DNA of 32,000 nucleotides, from the NCBI GenBank assembly GCA_002713205.1, contig PAVW01000011.1, forward strand, positions 51,388 to 83,387, in the 5' to 3' direction. The DNA comes from Nitrososphaerota archaeon (GTDB lineage: Archaea > Thermoproteota > Nitrososphaeria > Nitrososphaerales > UBA57). Shown here in pieces: positions 1-8,358 of the stretch (positions are counted from its first letter, which is position 1; every line of letters begins with the position of its first letter). The position numbers were made by a program, and so were the translations under genes. The notes beneath the pieces were generated by a model that searched no databases, was not told where the DNA came from, and saw only the letters and a list, made by a program, of their open reading frames with translations.

Positions 1-486
1 AAAAAACTAAGAGCGCCAAATCAACCTGAATTAGCAATTGGAGCAGTTGCTCAAGATGGTACAATATATATTGATAACAGTTTAGTAGAATCTCTGCAAA
101 TAAATGAATCTTATATTGAAAATGAAATAAAAAAACAGTTGTCGGAATTATCTGCACGTAATAATATGTATAAAAAATTTAGTTGTGATAGCAATATACA
201 GAATAACACAGTTATAATAAGCGATGATGGAATTGCAACAGGGTCTACACTAAAAGCTGCAATTCTATCATTAAAAAAGAATCATGTAGAGAACATAATT
301 ATTGCGACGCCAGTAGTAGCTAATGATACAAAAATAGAACTTGGAAAATTTGTGAAAAATATAATTTCACTGAACAATCCAATATTCATGTCATCAGTAA
401 GTAGTTTTTATGAAAACTTTCCTCAGCTTACGCATGAAGAAGGAGTAGACATGTTAAAGAAATCAATAATAAAAAAAATAGATTAA
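1..486 (+). CDS. phosphoribosyltransferase-family protein, 5' end cut by window edge
   Basis: Frame 1 is open from nt 1 (KKLRAPNQPELAIGAVAQDG...) and runs into the listed 139..486 ORF. It carries the PRPP-binding style motif VIISDDGIATGSTL. Stop TAA at 484-486. Confidence 0.7.
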   Translation, partial: KKLRAPNQPELAIGAVAQDGTIYIDNSLVESLQINESYIENEIKKQLSELSARNNMYKKFSCDSNIQNNTVIISDDGIATGSTLKAAILSLKKNHVENIIIATPVVANDTKIELGKFVKNIISLNNPIFMSSVSSFYENFPQLTHEEGVDMLKKSIIKKID

Positions 487-839
487 TAACCCTGTTTTTG
501 TCTCATGTGATTTATTTTATTTTTTCTTTTATATTCATTAAGAATATCTTTCGGGGACATATCTAATTCAATTGAAGCTTGAACTACAAAATGCCATATA
601 TCAATCAACTCTTCCTTCGCCAAAGTTTGGTTAAAAGTTGAACTTTGTTTCCACCATTTCCAAGAAGTAAGACTTTGTAATTCAATTGTTTCATGAATAA
701 TTGCGGTGCATAAAGCAGAAATACGTTCTTCTTTATCTTTAGGATATCTATTCAATTCCAGTATAGATGTATAGTCTTTCTGTAATTGGAAAATGTTATT
801 CAATATATCATCATCGACATCACGAATAATTTTTGCCAT
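483..839 (-). CDS. dimeric dUTPase-like / MazG-like all-alpha NTP pyrophosphohydrolase
   Basis: 118 aa with an ATG start. Motifs HETIELQS, WKWWK and EELIDIWHFVVQ resemble the dimeric dUTPase/MazG-like family. Confidence 0.55.
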   Translation of the reverse strand: MAKIIRDVDDDILNNIFQLQKDYTSILELNRYPKDKEERISALCTAIIHETIELQSLTSWKWWKQSSTFNQTLAKEELIDIWHFVVQASIELDMSPKDILNEYKRKNKINHMRQKQGY

Positions 840-889
840 ATGTAATGAAACGAAGTATAGTTTAATATAAATTACGTTGAAATCTAAAC

Positions 890-1084
890 GTGGATATAAA
901 AAAAATTAGGAAAAATAAGCTAGTTGTATTTCTGTTATTCAGTAGCGCAATGATTTGTTTTATGGCATTAGGAGTACTTTTAATAATATATTATTTTGAT
1001 ACCAGGCACCCTATGTTTGTCTTATTAGGATTTCCATTAGCGTTCTTAATGTTAGAGGTTTTAAGACAAATTGTTAAAGAATAA
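890..1084 (+). CDS. small two-TM membrane protein (hypothetical)
   Basis: 64 aa with a GTG start and two hydrophobic helices. A TATA-like gtttaatataaatt lies about 23 nt upstream. It overlaps the next gene by 14 nt. Confidence 0.4.
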   Translation: MDIKKIRKNKLVVFLLFSSAMICFMALGVLLIIYYFDTRHPMFVLLGFPLAFLMLEVLRQIVKE

Positions 1085-2102
1085 ATTTACAAATGTGTTC
1101 AAAGAAATTAAAATTACGATATTAGCAGATGTTTTTATAGATCGAATAATTCGAATTCCAAATTTTGAATTTTTATTAAAAAAAATAAAAGAAAAATCAA
1201 AAGTTGGAGGTGGAAGTATAAGACAAATTTCTCAAAAAGAGGTCATAGGAGGCAATGCAACGAACATTGCATATGCATTAGCAAAATTAGGTGCACAAGT
1301 AAATCTATTTGTGATTGCTGATGATTTTACAAAAGAATTATTGAATCATCGTTTTAATGAATATGAAAATGTTCAGATAAATATAATCAAAGGTCAACCA
1401 GGTTTCACTGTAGCACTGGAAACAAAATTTAGTGGGAAAGAATCCAATATAATGCTAAGTGATGTAGGTGGAATAAAGTATTTTGACGGAAGTGAAATGG
1501 TAAGAAAATTCAAGAAGACATTCAAACAATCGGATGTAACAATAATATCTAATTGGGCCTCAAATCTCAATGGAAATGATTTAATAAAAAATGTATTTTC
1601 TATTACTAATAATTCTATAAGATTATTAGATTGTGCAGATATATCGACGTCGGTAGATAGATTGCCGAAACTTATAGACGATATAATTCGGAAAGATCTA
1701 GTTGATATAATTAGTTTAAATGAAAATGAATGTAGTGTATTGAGTCAATATCTAGGATTTAAGAAATTATCAGAAAATTATTCAGTTAAAGATATAAAAG
1801 AGATAGCTGTGAGTTTATCGTCGCATCTTAATTTGTCAATAGAAATTCATACACCATTAGGTTCATGTTCGGCAAGCGATAATGATGTTCATTTTGTAAA
1901 ATCGTTTGAAATACAACCTATAAGGCTTACAGGAGCTGGAGACGTTTGGAATGCAGCAAATGTACTTGGGATAAAAAAAGAGATTTCAGTCGAAAAGAGA
2001 CTTAAGTTTGCTAATGCTTGCGCAGCAATTTATGTATCTAGCTTTCGAAATAACGATTTTGATCTGTCTGATGTAGATAAATTTTATAATCCATTCACTT
2101 AG
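1071..2102 (+). CDS. PfkB/ribokinase-family carbohydrate or nucleoside kinase
   Basis: 343 aa. N-terminal GGNATNIAYALAKLG and C-terminal TGAGDVWNAA are PfkB signatures. TTG start with GAGGT 11 nt upstream. Confidence 0.75.
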   Translation: MLKNKFTNVFKEIKITILADVFIDRIIRIPNFEFLLKKIKEKSKVGGGSIRQISQKEVIGGNATNIAYALAKLGAQVNLFVIADDFTKELLNHRFNEYENVQINIIKGQPGFTVALETKFSGKESNIMLSDVGGIKYFDGSEMVRKFKKTFKQSDVTIISNWASNLNGNDLIKNVFSITNNSIRLLDCADISTSVDRLPKLIDDIIRKDLVDIISLNENECSVLSQYLGFKKLSENYSVKDIKEIAVSLSSHLNLSIEIHTPLGSCSASDNDVHFVKSFEIQPIRLTGAGDVWNAANVLGIKKEISVEKRLKFANACAAIYVSSFRNNDFDLSDVDKFYNPFT

Positions 2103-2697
2103 TATTTTTCAATTGTGTTAAAGTGATACTGCCTTCACGCAGAATTATAAGATTACCATCTTTAATTTGTACAACGGTAGATTCCAATTGTTTAGTGGAA
2201 TCATTAGCTAAAATTGCATCAAAATCATTCAATTCAGAAATTACTTCAGAATAAGTAGAATGGGATTTTTTGCCCGATATATTAGCACTGCTACCCACCA
2301 AATAACCTCCACATGCAGAGATAAGTTTGATTGTAAGAGGATTATTTGGAACTCGTATTCCCAACAAGTCAGAATTAATTGTTAACAACTTAGGTAGAGC
2401 ATGATTTTTTATCGGCGCCACTATAGTCAAGGGACCTGGCCAAAATTTTAGTGCAAATTTATTTAATATTTCATTAAATTCAACTAATTTACGAGCGTAA
2501 TCAATTGATTGACATAATACAGGCAAGGGTTTGTTTCTTCGTTGTTTAATATGGAAAATTTTTTCAATTGATTTTTCATTAAAAGGATCACAGCCAATTC
2601 CATAAACGGTATCAGTAGGAAATACGATAATTCCGCCATGTTTAACGATATCAGATAATTTAATAATGTCAGAGTCAGAGTTCTTGAAAATTTTCAT
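2095..2697 (-). CDS. tsaC: L-threonylcarbamoyladenylate synthase, YrdC/Sua5-domain (TsaC type)
   Basis: 200 aa. VFPTDTVYGIGCDPFN and LGIRVPNNP are typical of the YrdC/Sua5 family. The length fits a YrdC-domain-only protein. Confidence 0.8.
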   Translation of the reverse strand: MKIFKNSDSDIIKLSDIVKHGGIIVFPTDTVYGIGCDPFNEKSIEKIFHIKQRRNKPLPVLCQSIDYARKLVEFNEILNKFALKFWPGPLTIVAPIKNHALPKLLTINSDLLGIRVPNNPLTIKLISACGGYLVGSSANISGKKSHSTYSEVISELNDFDAILANDSTKQLESTVVQIKDGNLIILREGSITLTQLKNTK

Positions 2698-2789
2698 CTA
2701 TATATAAATTATCACGGTTTTGTATATAATTACTTACAAAGCTTTTAAATATTCAGAATATTATCCTTTGATTTGCGGAAGATAAGTTA

Positions 2790-3599
2790 TTGACAAAGAA
2801 ATATAATGGCAATAATATTACAAATTTGAAAAATAAATATACTAAAGATATCAAGAGATATATAAACAATAGTGGAAAGTTGGTCATACTATTTTCATAT
2901 ATAACTACTACAAGTATAATGTTAAGAGGACTAATCGTAAGCATATTCTTTGCATTTCCAATAGGATTCTTCAGAATTAAACCTGCAGATGAAAACTATA
3001 ACAAAACAATAATCAAAATAAGATCAAAAGTAATCATAAGATGTGCTAGAATATTAGCAGGAGGAATTTGGATAATATTAATGTATTTCATAATAAAATA
3101 TTCGGGAATAAACAACATGAATACTTTAGTATCTGGTTTTTTAATTACAATTGCACTGAGTCAACAAATTGAATCTGCGGCAATGGAAGTAACAACTTCA
3201 CATATAAGAATTTTTATTTCGTCATGGAATACAGTTCTGTATATTTTCGCAAAAAGGAAAAGAGGAGAAAGATGGAACGAGATTGTAGAAGAAGCAGAAA
3301 TGTTATGGATTCATCCACAAATTAGATATTCGGAGCCATTAGAACGACTAGAGGGAAAATTGAAGGAGCAACAGTTAATGAAACATATTAATAAAGACAG
3401 GGAAGAAATGAGCTATTATAAAGAGGTCGAAGACGATAACGAGAGCAAAATAAAATTTGCAAACCATGCGATTGAATATCTCCAGAATAAACTAAACATT
3501 CATGATAAAATATACGAGCATCAACAGAGGCTTGGTACTTGGACATATGTAATATTTTTAGCAATTGGAACGCTCATTTGGCTGGTTCAACCTTTCTAG
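2790..3599 (+). CDS. hypothetical multi-pass membrane protein with a charged helical C-terminal region and a terminal TM
   Basis: 269-aa ORF with a TTG start; an internal ATG at codon 44 is also possible. It has several hydrophobic segments, then a K/E-rich stretch and a final TM. No family recognised. Confidence 0.45.
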   Translation: MTKKYNGNNITNLKNKYTKDIKRYINNSGKLVILFSYITTTSIMLRGLIVSIFFAFPIGFFRIKPADENYNKTIIKIRSKVIIRCARILAGGIWIILMYFIIKYSGINNMNTLVSGFLITIALSQQIESAAMEVTTSHIRIFISSWNTVLYIFAKRKRGERWNEIVEEAEMLWIHPQIRYSEPLERLEGKLKEQQLMKHINKDREEMSYYKEVEDDNESKIKFANHAIEYLQNKLNIHDKIYEHQQRLGTWTYVIFLAIGTLIWLVQPF

Positions 3600-3694
3600 C
3601 AGATTAAGTTATTCGAATTCTTTCAACCGAATAATCAATCATCATAGACTATTACGATTATCGTCAAATTATTAGATTTTGTGTTGAAGAGTAA

Positions 3695-4627
3695 TTGTTA
3701 CATTCTAATTTAAAAAATATTGAACTGAATCAGAGATTAGATTGTAATTTTAATTATCACATTACAGAAGAAAGCAAATTAAAAGATGGAGACCGTAATC
3801 TTGGAAAATATCATGAATTCAATAAATTAAATGATTTAACTAGTAAAGAATGGCTAAAATTTCAGAAAAGTTGGTTTATTTTAAATCCAAAGCCTAGAGC
3901 AAAAAATGTTCTGCTACATCCAGCAAAATTTCCAGAAGAATTAGTCGAGTATTTTATTAGATTCTTCACAAAACGAGGAGATACCGTACTTGATCCTATG
4001 GTGGGAACAGGAAGCAGTATAATTTCATCAATGAATACTGGAAGAAATAGCATTGGTATTGAATTATCCAAGAAATACACTAACATTACAGAAAATAGAA
4101 TTAGAGAGAAAATAGATAATATGGAAAAACAAAAAGATAGTGGGATAAAAAAAATTAATATAAAATTATACAATGGTGATTCAAGAAATCTGGAACAATT
4201 AAAAATGAACAATATAGATTATTGCATTACTTCACCACCATATTGGAATATGTTACGTGTAAAAGGATTTGAAACTCAGAAGATGAGAAAAGATAACAAT
4301 TTAGATTTATATTATTCTGATAATGAAAAAGATTTGGGAAATATAGATGAATATGAAATATTTCTTGAAGAATTATCTGATATTTATTTGAAGGTTCATA
4401 ATGTTCTAAAAACAGGAGGATATCTAACTGTGATAGTTAAGAATATTAAAAAGAATGGAAAAATTTTCCCGTTGGCTTGGGATTTGGTAAACAAATTAAA
4501 ATTTTTTACACTTAAAGATGAAAAAATATGGTGTCAAGATAATGTCAAATTAGCACCATACGGTTACGGATATTCATGGGTAAGCAATACTGTGCATCAC
4601 TATTGTTTAATTTTTAAGAAAGAATAA
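3695..4627 (+). CDS. DNA methyltransferase (N4-cytosine/N6-adenine family, SPPY catalytic motif), solitary
   Basis: HPAKFPEELVEYFIRFFTKRGDTVLDPMVGTGSS...GRNSIGIELSKKY is the AdoMet motif X/I block. It is followed by ITSPPYWNM (motif IV) and LKTGGYLTVIV. TTG start. Confidence 0.75.
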   Translation: MLHSNLKNIELNQRLDCNFNYHITEESKLKDGDRNLGKYHEFNKLNDLTSKEWLKFQKSWFILNPKPRAKNVLLHPAKFPEELVEYFIRFFTKRGDTVLDPMVGTGSSIISSMNTGRNSIGIELSKKYTNITENRIREKIDNMEKQKDSGIKKINIKLYNGDSRNLEQLKMNNIDYCITSPPYWNMLRVKGFETQKMRKDNNLDLYYSDNEKDLGNIDEYEIFLEELSDIYLKVHNVLKTGGYLTVIVKNIKKNGKIFPLAWDLVNKLKFFTLKDEKIWCQDNVKLAPYGYGYSWVSNTVHHYCLIFKKE

Positions 4628-4651
4628 TCACAATAAGTAATAGATAGTTTT

Positions 4652-4738
4652 GCCCCAGTAGCTCAGACCGGTCAGAGCGACTAAATAATGTCGAACCTCG
4701 TAAGTAGTAGGCCCTGGGTTCAAATCCCAGCTGGGGCT
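4652..4738 (+). tRNA. tRNA-Thr(CGU) interrupted by a 12-nt intron (4684..4695) in the anticodon stem, position 30/31
   Basis: Acceptor GCCCCAG/CTGGGGC, D arm GCTC-AGACCGGTCA-GAGC, T arm CTGGG-TTCAAAT-CCCAG. Removing AATAATGTCGAA gives anticodon stem ACTAC/GTAGT and loop CTCGTAA. The splice sites sit in a bulge-helix-loop: GAG/CUC, bulge AA|C, helix CGAC/GUCG, UA|A. Confidence 0.85.
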
Positions 4739-4741
4739 TGG

Positions 4742-4749
4742 TTTATATA
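4742..4749 (+). promoter_or_regulatory. TATA box (tttatata) for the NicO-like gene; implies a leaderless or near-leaderless mRNA
   Basis: It is centred about 27 nt upstream of the ATG at 4773, the usual archaeal TATA-to-TSS distance. Confidence 0.45.
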
Positions 4750-4772
4750 GAAAATGAACTGGCTATTTAGAT

Positions 4773-5471
4773 ATGGAGATATTTAGTTTTGCAATTCTTG
4801 CTTTTATTATGGGAATTAAACATGCTTTTGATGCAGATCATGTACTATTAGTCTCAAATTTTTTATCTAGAACGAAGAGATTAGATGAATCACTTAACAT
4901 TAGTCTGAATTGGGGAGTGGGACATATGTTAACTGCAGGAATTATAACTTTAATTATTTTTTACAATGTAAATTCGCGTCCGGTTGTTATGTTATTAGAA
5001 AATTTTGAGATAATTATAGCATCAATAATGGTAGTAATGGGAATAATTAGTTTAACCATAGGAATTCCGTTACAACATAAACACGAGCATAATCATGATG
5101 GAATTAAACATGAACATGTTCACACGCATAGAGTTGGAGGATTTATAAAAAAAGATTTGAAAGCACATCATGCTTCATTCGGAGTAGGGATAATACACGG
5201 ACTGGCAAGTAATGATGAATTATTTATTGTGCTAATTTTAGGGCTAGGAATTGGTTCAGTTACTACGTTACTTGGTGCATTATTTTTATTCTCAACTGGA
5301 GTAGTATTAGGAATGATGCTTTTTAGTATATTATTATTAAAATCTTCAAACGTTCTTACAAAAAATTTTAAATTGATTTTAAATTATGGATTTGGAATAT
5401 CTGCGATAATATATGGATTGTATTTATTCAGTATAAATACAGGTTTAGAAATATTTCAACATTTATTCTAA
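4773..5471 (+). CDS. NicO/RcnA-like nickel/cobalt transporter with a His-rich loop
   Basis: 232 aa, multi-TM. It has an N-terminal HAFDADH motif and a central loop HKHEHNHDGIKHEHVHTHR. Confidence 0.6.
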   Translation: MEIFSFAILAFIMGIKHAFDADHVLLVSNFLSRTKRLDESLNISLNWGVGHMLTAGIITLIIFYNVNSRPVVMLLENFEIIIASIMVVMGIISLTIGIPLQHKHEHNHDGIKHEHVHTHRVGGFIKKDLKAHHASFGVGIIHGLASNDELFIVLILGLGIGSVTTLLGALFLFSTGVVLGMMLFSILLLKSSNVLTKNFKLILNYGFGISAIIYGLYLFSINTGLEIFQHLF

Positions 5472-8348
5472 GAAAATTGCAGGTCTCATAGGTCTAGAGT
5501 GAATTGAACGATTCTTTGGGTCATAAATTTTTGAATCGTCTTCAGAATATAAATCAACTTGGATATCATCATGCGTTTTATAGAAAGACTGGAGTTCTTT
5601 AAGAATTTTAATTTCATCAAATAAACCGACGCGAAGAATACGTAATTTTAAATCAGAATTCATAGTAGATAATTCTTTAAATAAATTCTGGCAGAATTTT
5701 GGTATATTCTTCTTAAATTCAGAATATTCAGGATTGCTCAAGCTATTTTCAATCAGTTCCTTAAGGTTAAGTTGTTCTTGTTTTAATGCAAACAAAAATA
5801 TACTCCATTTCCAACTAGATGGTACATAAATAGAGATTCGCTGGATTTGGATTTTCGTGACCTTAAGGATATTATTTATATCTTCAATCGTATTCTTAAT
5901 TAATTCCTCAGACAATTCTGCACTCTCATCAATTAGAGTTTCATCGACAGTTGGCCAGTTCTGAAGAGTAATTGAATCTTTATGGCCAAACATTTCCCAT
6001 ACTTCTTCACAGAAAAATGGTGCAAAAGGAGCTAAAAGCTTTATACGTGTTTCAAAGAAATATTTTAAAAATGAATTCTTATCATTTATAGAAAGAGTCG
6101 TTCTTCTATTATACCATTGTAGATCTATATCAAGAAGGTAAACAATATTATGAAGAGATTCCCTAACACGAAGTTTATCCATGGAGTCGGTAGAAACTTT
6201 TATTGTTCTTTGCAATCTATTCACCAACCATTTCTCAATAGAATCAGCTTGAGTTACATCATAATTAGGCGTATTCTTGATTTCGTTAACAAGATCATAC
6301 ATTCTATTCAATCGTTCGTTGAATGATTTGACCAATTCAAGACTGAAATCAGCGTCTTGTAATAATTCTGCGGCAGACATTATTCCAAGACGAATAGGAT
6401 CAGCACCATATGTTTTCACAGCTTGTCGAAGAGGTATTATATTGCCGAAAGATTTAGACATCTTTTTTCCATCCATTAATACAGAACCGTTAACTACAAT
6501 TTGTTTTGGCCATAAATTGTTAGGAAATATTGCAGAATGATTAAAAACGAAAAATGTAAGATGGTTAGGTACAAGATCACGACCAGAATGTCTACTGTCT
6601 AATGGATAGAAATATAAAAATTCATTTCTGATTTCAGCAAGGAGTGATTTATCAATTTTGGTTTGTTCAGAAACTGATTTGAGAGTTCCAATACCAAGAA
6701 ATACATAATCAAAAAATTCTTCAGGTAGATTTGATGGATTAAGATTATTTTCTTTGATTAATCTGGAAATTGTATAGTATGACATATAGATTACTGAATC
6801 AGATAGACTTTCAATAATCCAATTAGGATCCCAAGGCAGCACAGTACCCATACCCGATCCACGGGCACATGCTTTTTGATGGAGCCAATCTACAGTGTTA
6901 TGAAATTCAACTTTGATGTCAGGAGGAAGAAGGGACATTGAATTAATTGAAAAATGAGCATCTTTCTTCCAATCAAGGTTCCCATAATCAATGAACCATT
7001 GATTTTCAAACATCTTTACGATGCATTCAGTTCCACAACGGCAGATTACAGGACTATTCAGAATTTCATGTAATGTGCTTGCGAGACCCAACTTGATAAG
7101 GTCAGTTTTTACTTTTTCTTTAGCTTGTTTAACTGGTAAATTTGAATAATCTCCTGCAATAACAAGCATTTTACCAGAATTAAATTCAAGAGTATAAAGT
7201 TCTTTTGTAGCATCTACAAGTTGAGGATCATCTTGATTTTTTATATTTCGAACAGAGATCAATTGTTTAGCAGGGGTATTGTCGTATTTTTCGGTTTTTA
7301 TTACATCAATTGGAACAAGATTATTTGTATCAATATCAGGATATTTACTAAGTAAATTACTGTCCTGTGTGAAATCAACTATTGCTTGATAATCATATGG
7401 TGCATGAGATGGCACTGACATTACAAGACCAGTACCGTTTTTAGAATCCACAAAAGAAGCAGGTAATAATTGGATTTTCATTTGTGTAAACGGATTTTCA
7501 GTCCATTTACCAATTAAAGAATTACCCGGTATAATTTCCGTAGACGAATTATCAGTTATAAGATGTTCAAATTTAAACATAGAATCACGACTAACAATCC
7601 ATTTTTCGTTGTTTAGTGAAATTTTTACATATTCAATTTCAGGATGAATCCAGATATTTGTGACGCCAAATATAGTTTCTGGACGAAGAGTGGCAGTAAC
7701 TAATTTTGAATCGCCAAAATTGAATTTTATAACAGTGTATTCACCTAGTTCTGGTTCAACATCCCCAAGTGTGTCGTGTTGGCCAACGGGGTTACCATCT
7801 TTAGGACACCAACCAACTGGATGACTACCTCGAGTTATAAAACCACCTGAATCAAGTTTTTTAAATTGCCATTCAATAAATTTACTATATTCTTCATCAA
7901 TTGTAGTAAATTCGCGTCGCCAATCAATGGAATAACCCATTTCAATCATTCCTTGTTTAATTTCATTATGAAAATACTGAGCAATTTTTTTTGGTTCGTC
8001 TAGTTCTTTAATTGTAGAAAGTGGAATTTTATATACATCATGAAAAGCGCTAATTAATTCAGGATCATTTTCGGCAAGGCGTTTAGTCATAGCAAGAATT
8101 GGAGTTCCAGTATAATGGAAAGCCATCGGAAATAATACATTAAAACCTAACATTCGTTTATAACGAGCATAAACATCAGTAAGAGTGTATGTCCTACCAT
8201 GTCCAATATGTTGTGGAGAATTTGGATACGGATATGCAACTGTTAAAAAGAATTTATTTTTTGTATTATCAGGATTAGTTTCATGAAGAGATAAAATATC
8301 CCATTTTTTTTGCCATTTTTTCTCAATACTAGCCCAATTAATTGCCAA
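5463..8348 (-). CDS. leuS: leucyl-tRNA synthetase (archaeal type)
   Basis: 961 aa with HIGH motif (PQHIGHGRTY) and KMSKS motif (GKKMSKSFGN). TTG start 10 nt after the alaS stop, with AGGTG 7 nt upstream. Confidence 0.97.
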   Translation of the reverse strand: MAINWASIEKKWQKKWDILSLHETNPDNTKNKFFLTVAYPYPNSPQHIGHGRTYTLTDVYARYKRMLGFNVLFPMAFHYTGTPILAMTKRLAENDPELISAFHDVYKIPLSTIKELDEPKKIAQYFHNEIKQGMIEMGYSIDWRREFTTIDEEYSKFIEWQFKKLDSGGFITRGSHPVGWCPKDGNPVGQHDTLGDVEPELGEYTVIKFNFGDSKLVTATLRPETIFGVTNIWIHPEIEYVKISLNNEKWIVSRDSMFKFEHLITDNSSTEIIPGNSLIGKWTENPFTQMKIQLLPASFVDSKNGTGLVMSVPSHAPYDYQAIVDFTQDSNLLSKYPDIDTNNLVPIDVIKTEKYDNTPAKQLISVRNIKNQDDPQLVDATKELYTLEFNSGKMLVIAGDYSNLPVKQAKEKVKTDLIKLGLASTLHEILNSPVICRCGTECIVKMFENQWFIDYGNLDWKKDAHFSINSMSLLPPDIKVEFHNTVDWLHQKACARGSGMGTVLPWDPNWIIESLSDSVIYMSYYTISRLIKENNLNPSNLPEEFFDYVFLGIGTLKSVSEQTKIDKSLLAEIRNEFLYFYPLDSRHSGRDLVPNHLTFFVFNHSAIFPNNLWPKQIVVNGSVLMDGKKMSKSFGNIIPLRQAVKTYGADPIRLGIMSAAELLQDADFSLELVKSFNERLNRMYDLVNEIKNTPNYDVTQADSIEKWLVNRLQRTIKVSTDSMDKLRVRESLHNIVYLLDIDLQWYNRRTTLSINDKNSFLKYFFETRIKLLAPFAPFFCEEVWEMFGHKDSITLQNWPTVDETLIDESAELSEELIKNTIEDINNILKVTKIQIQRISIYVPSSWKWSIFLFALKQEQLNLKELIENSLSNPEYSEFKKNIPKFCQNLFKELSTMNSDLKLRILRVGLFDEIKILKELQSFYKTHDDIQVDLYSEDDSKIYDPKNRSIHSRPMRPAIFLE

Positions 8349-8358
8349 TAGAAAGCAC

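Noticed and set aside
3609-3634. Inverted repeat TTATTCG-N12-CGAATAA after the 269-aa ORF, considered as a regulatory hairpin before the methyltransferase
   Set aside because: It is a 7-bp AT-rich stem with a 12-nt loop, too weak and unremarkable to call without conservation data.
3862-4212. 116-aa ORF antisense to the methyltransferase gene. Similar antisense ORFs occur at 2753..2944, 6277..6540, 11892..12158, 13491..13688, 16252..16461, 18039..18308, 18399..18734, 19277..19471, 19482..19682, 19695..19916, 20923..21111, 21279..21662, 23051..23239, 25387..25638, 25780..26109, 26146..26394, 27175..27360 and 27737..27949.
   Set aside because: All lie inside or opposite strongly supported genes with recognisable motifs, and all have shadow-frame composition with no recognisable domains.
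3695-4627. Complete restriction-modification system
   Set aside because: No ORF with nuclease-like motifs, and no ORF of suitable size, flanks either methyltransferase (3695..4627 or 23323..24606). Only modification genes can be supported.
2698-4772. Integrated mobile element at tRNA-Thr carrying the hypothetical gene and methyltransferase
   Set aside because: There is no integrase, transposase or plasmid/virus gene. No duplicated copy of the tRNA 3' end (att-like direct repeat) was found at the far side near 2700-2790. No obvious compositional break is visible by eye.
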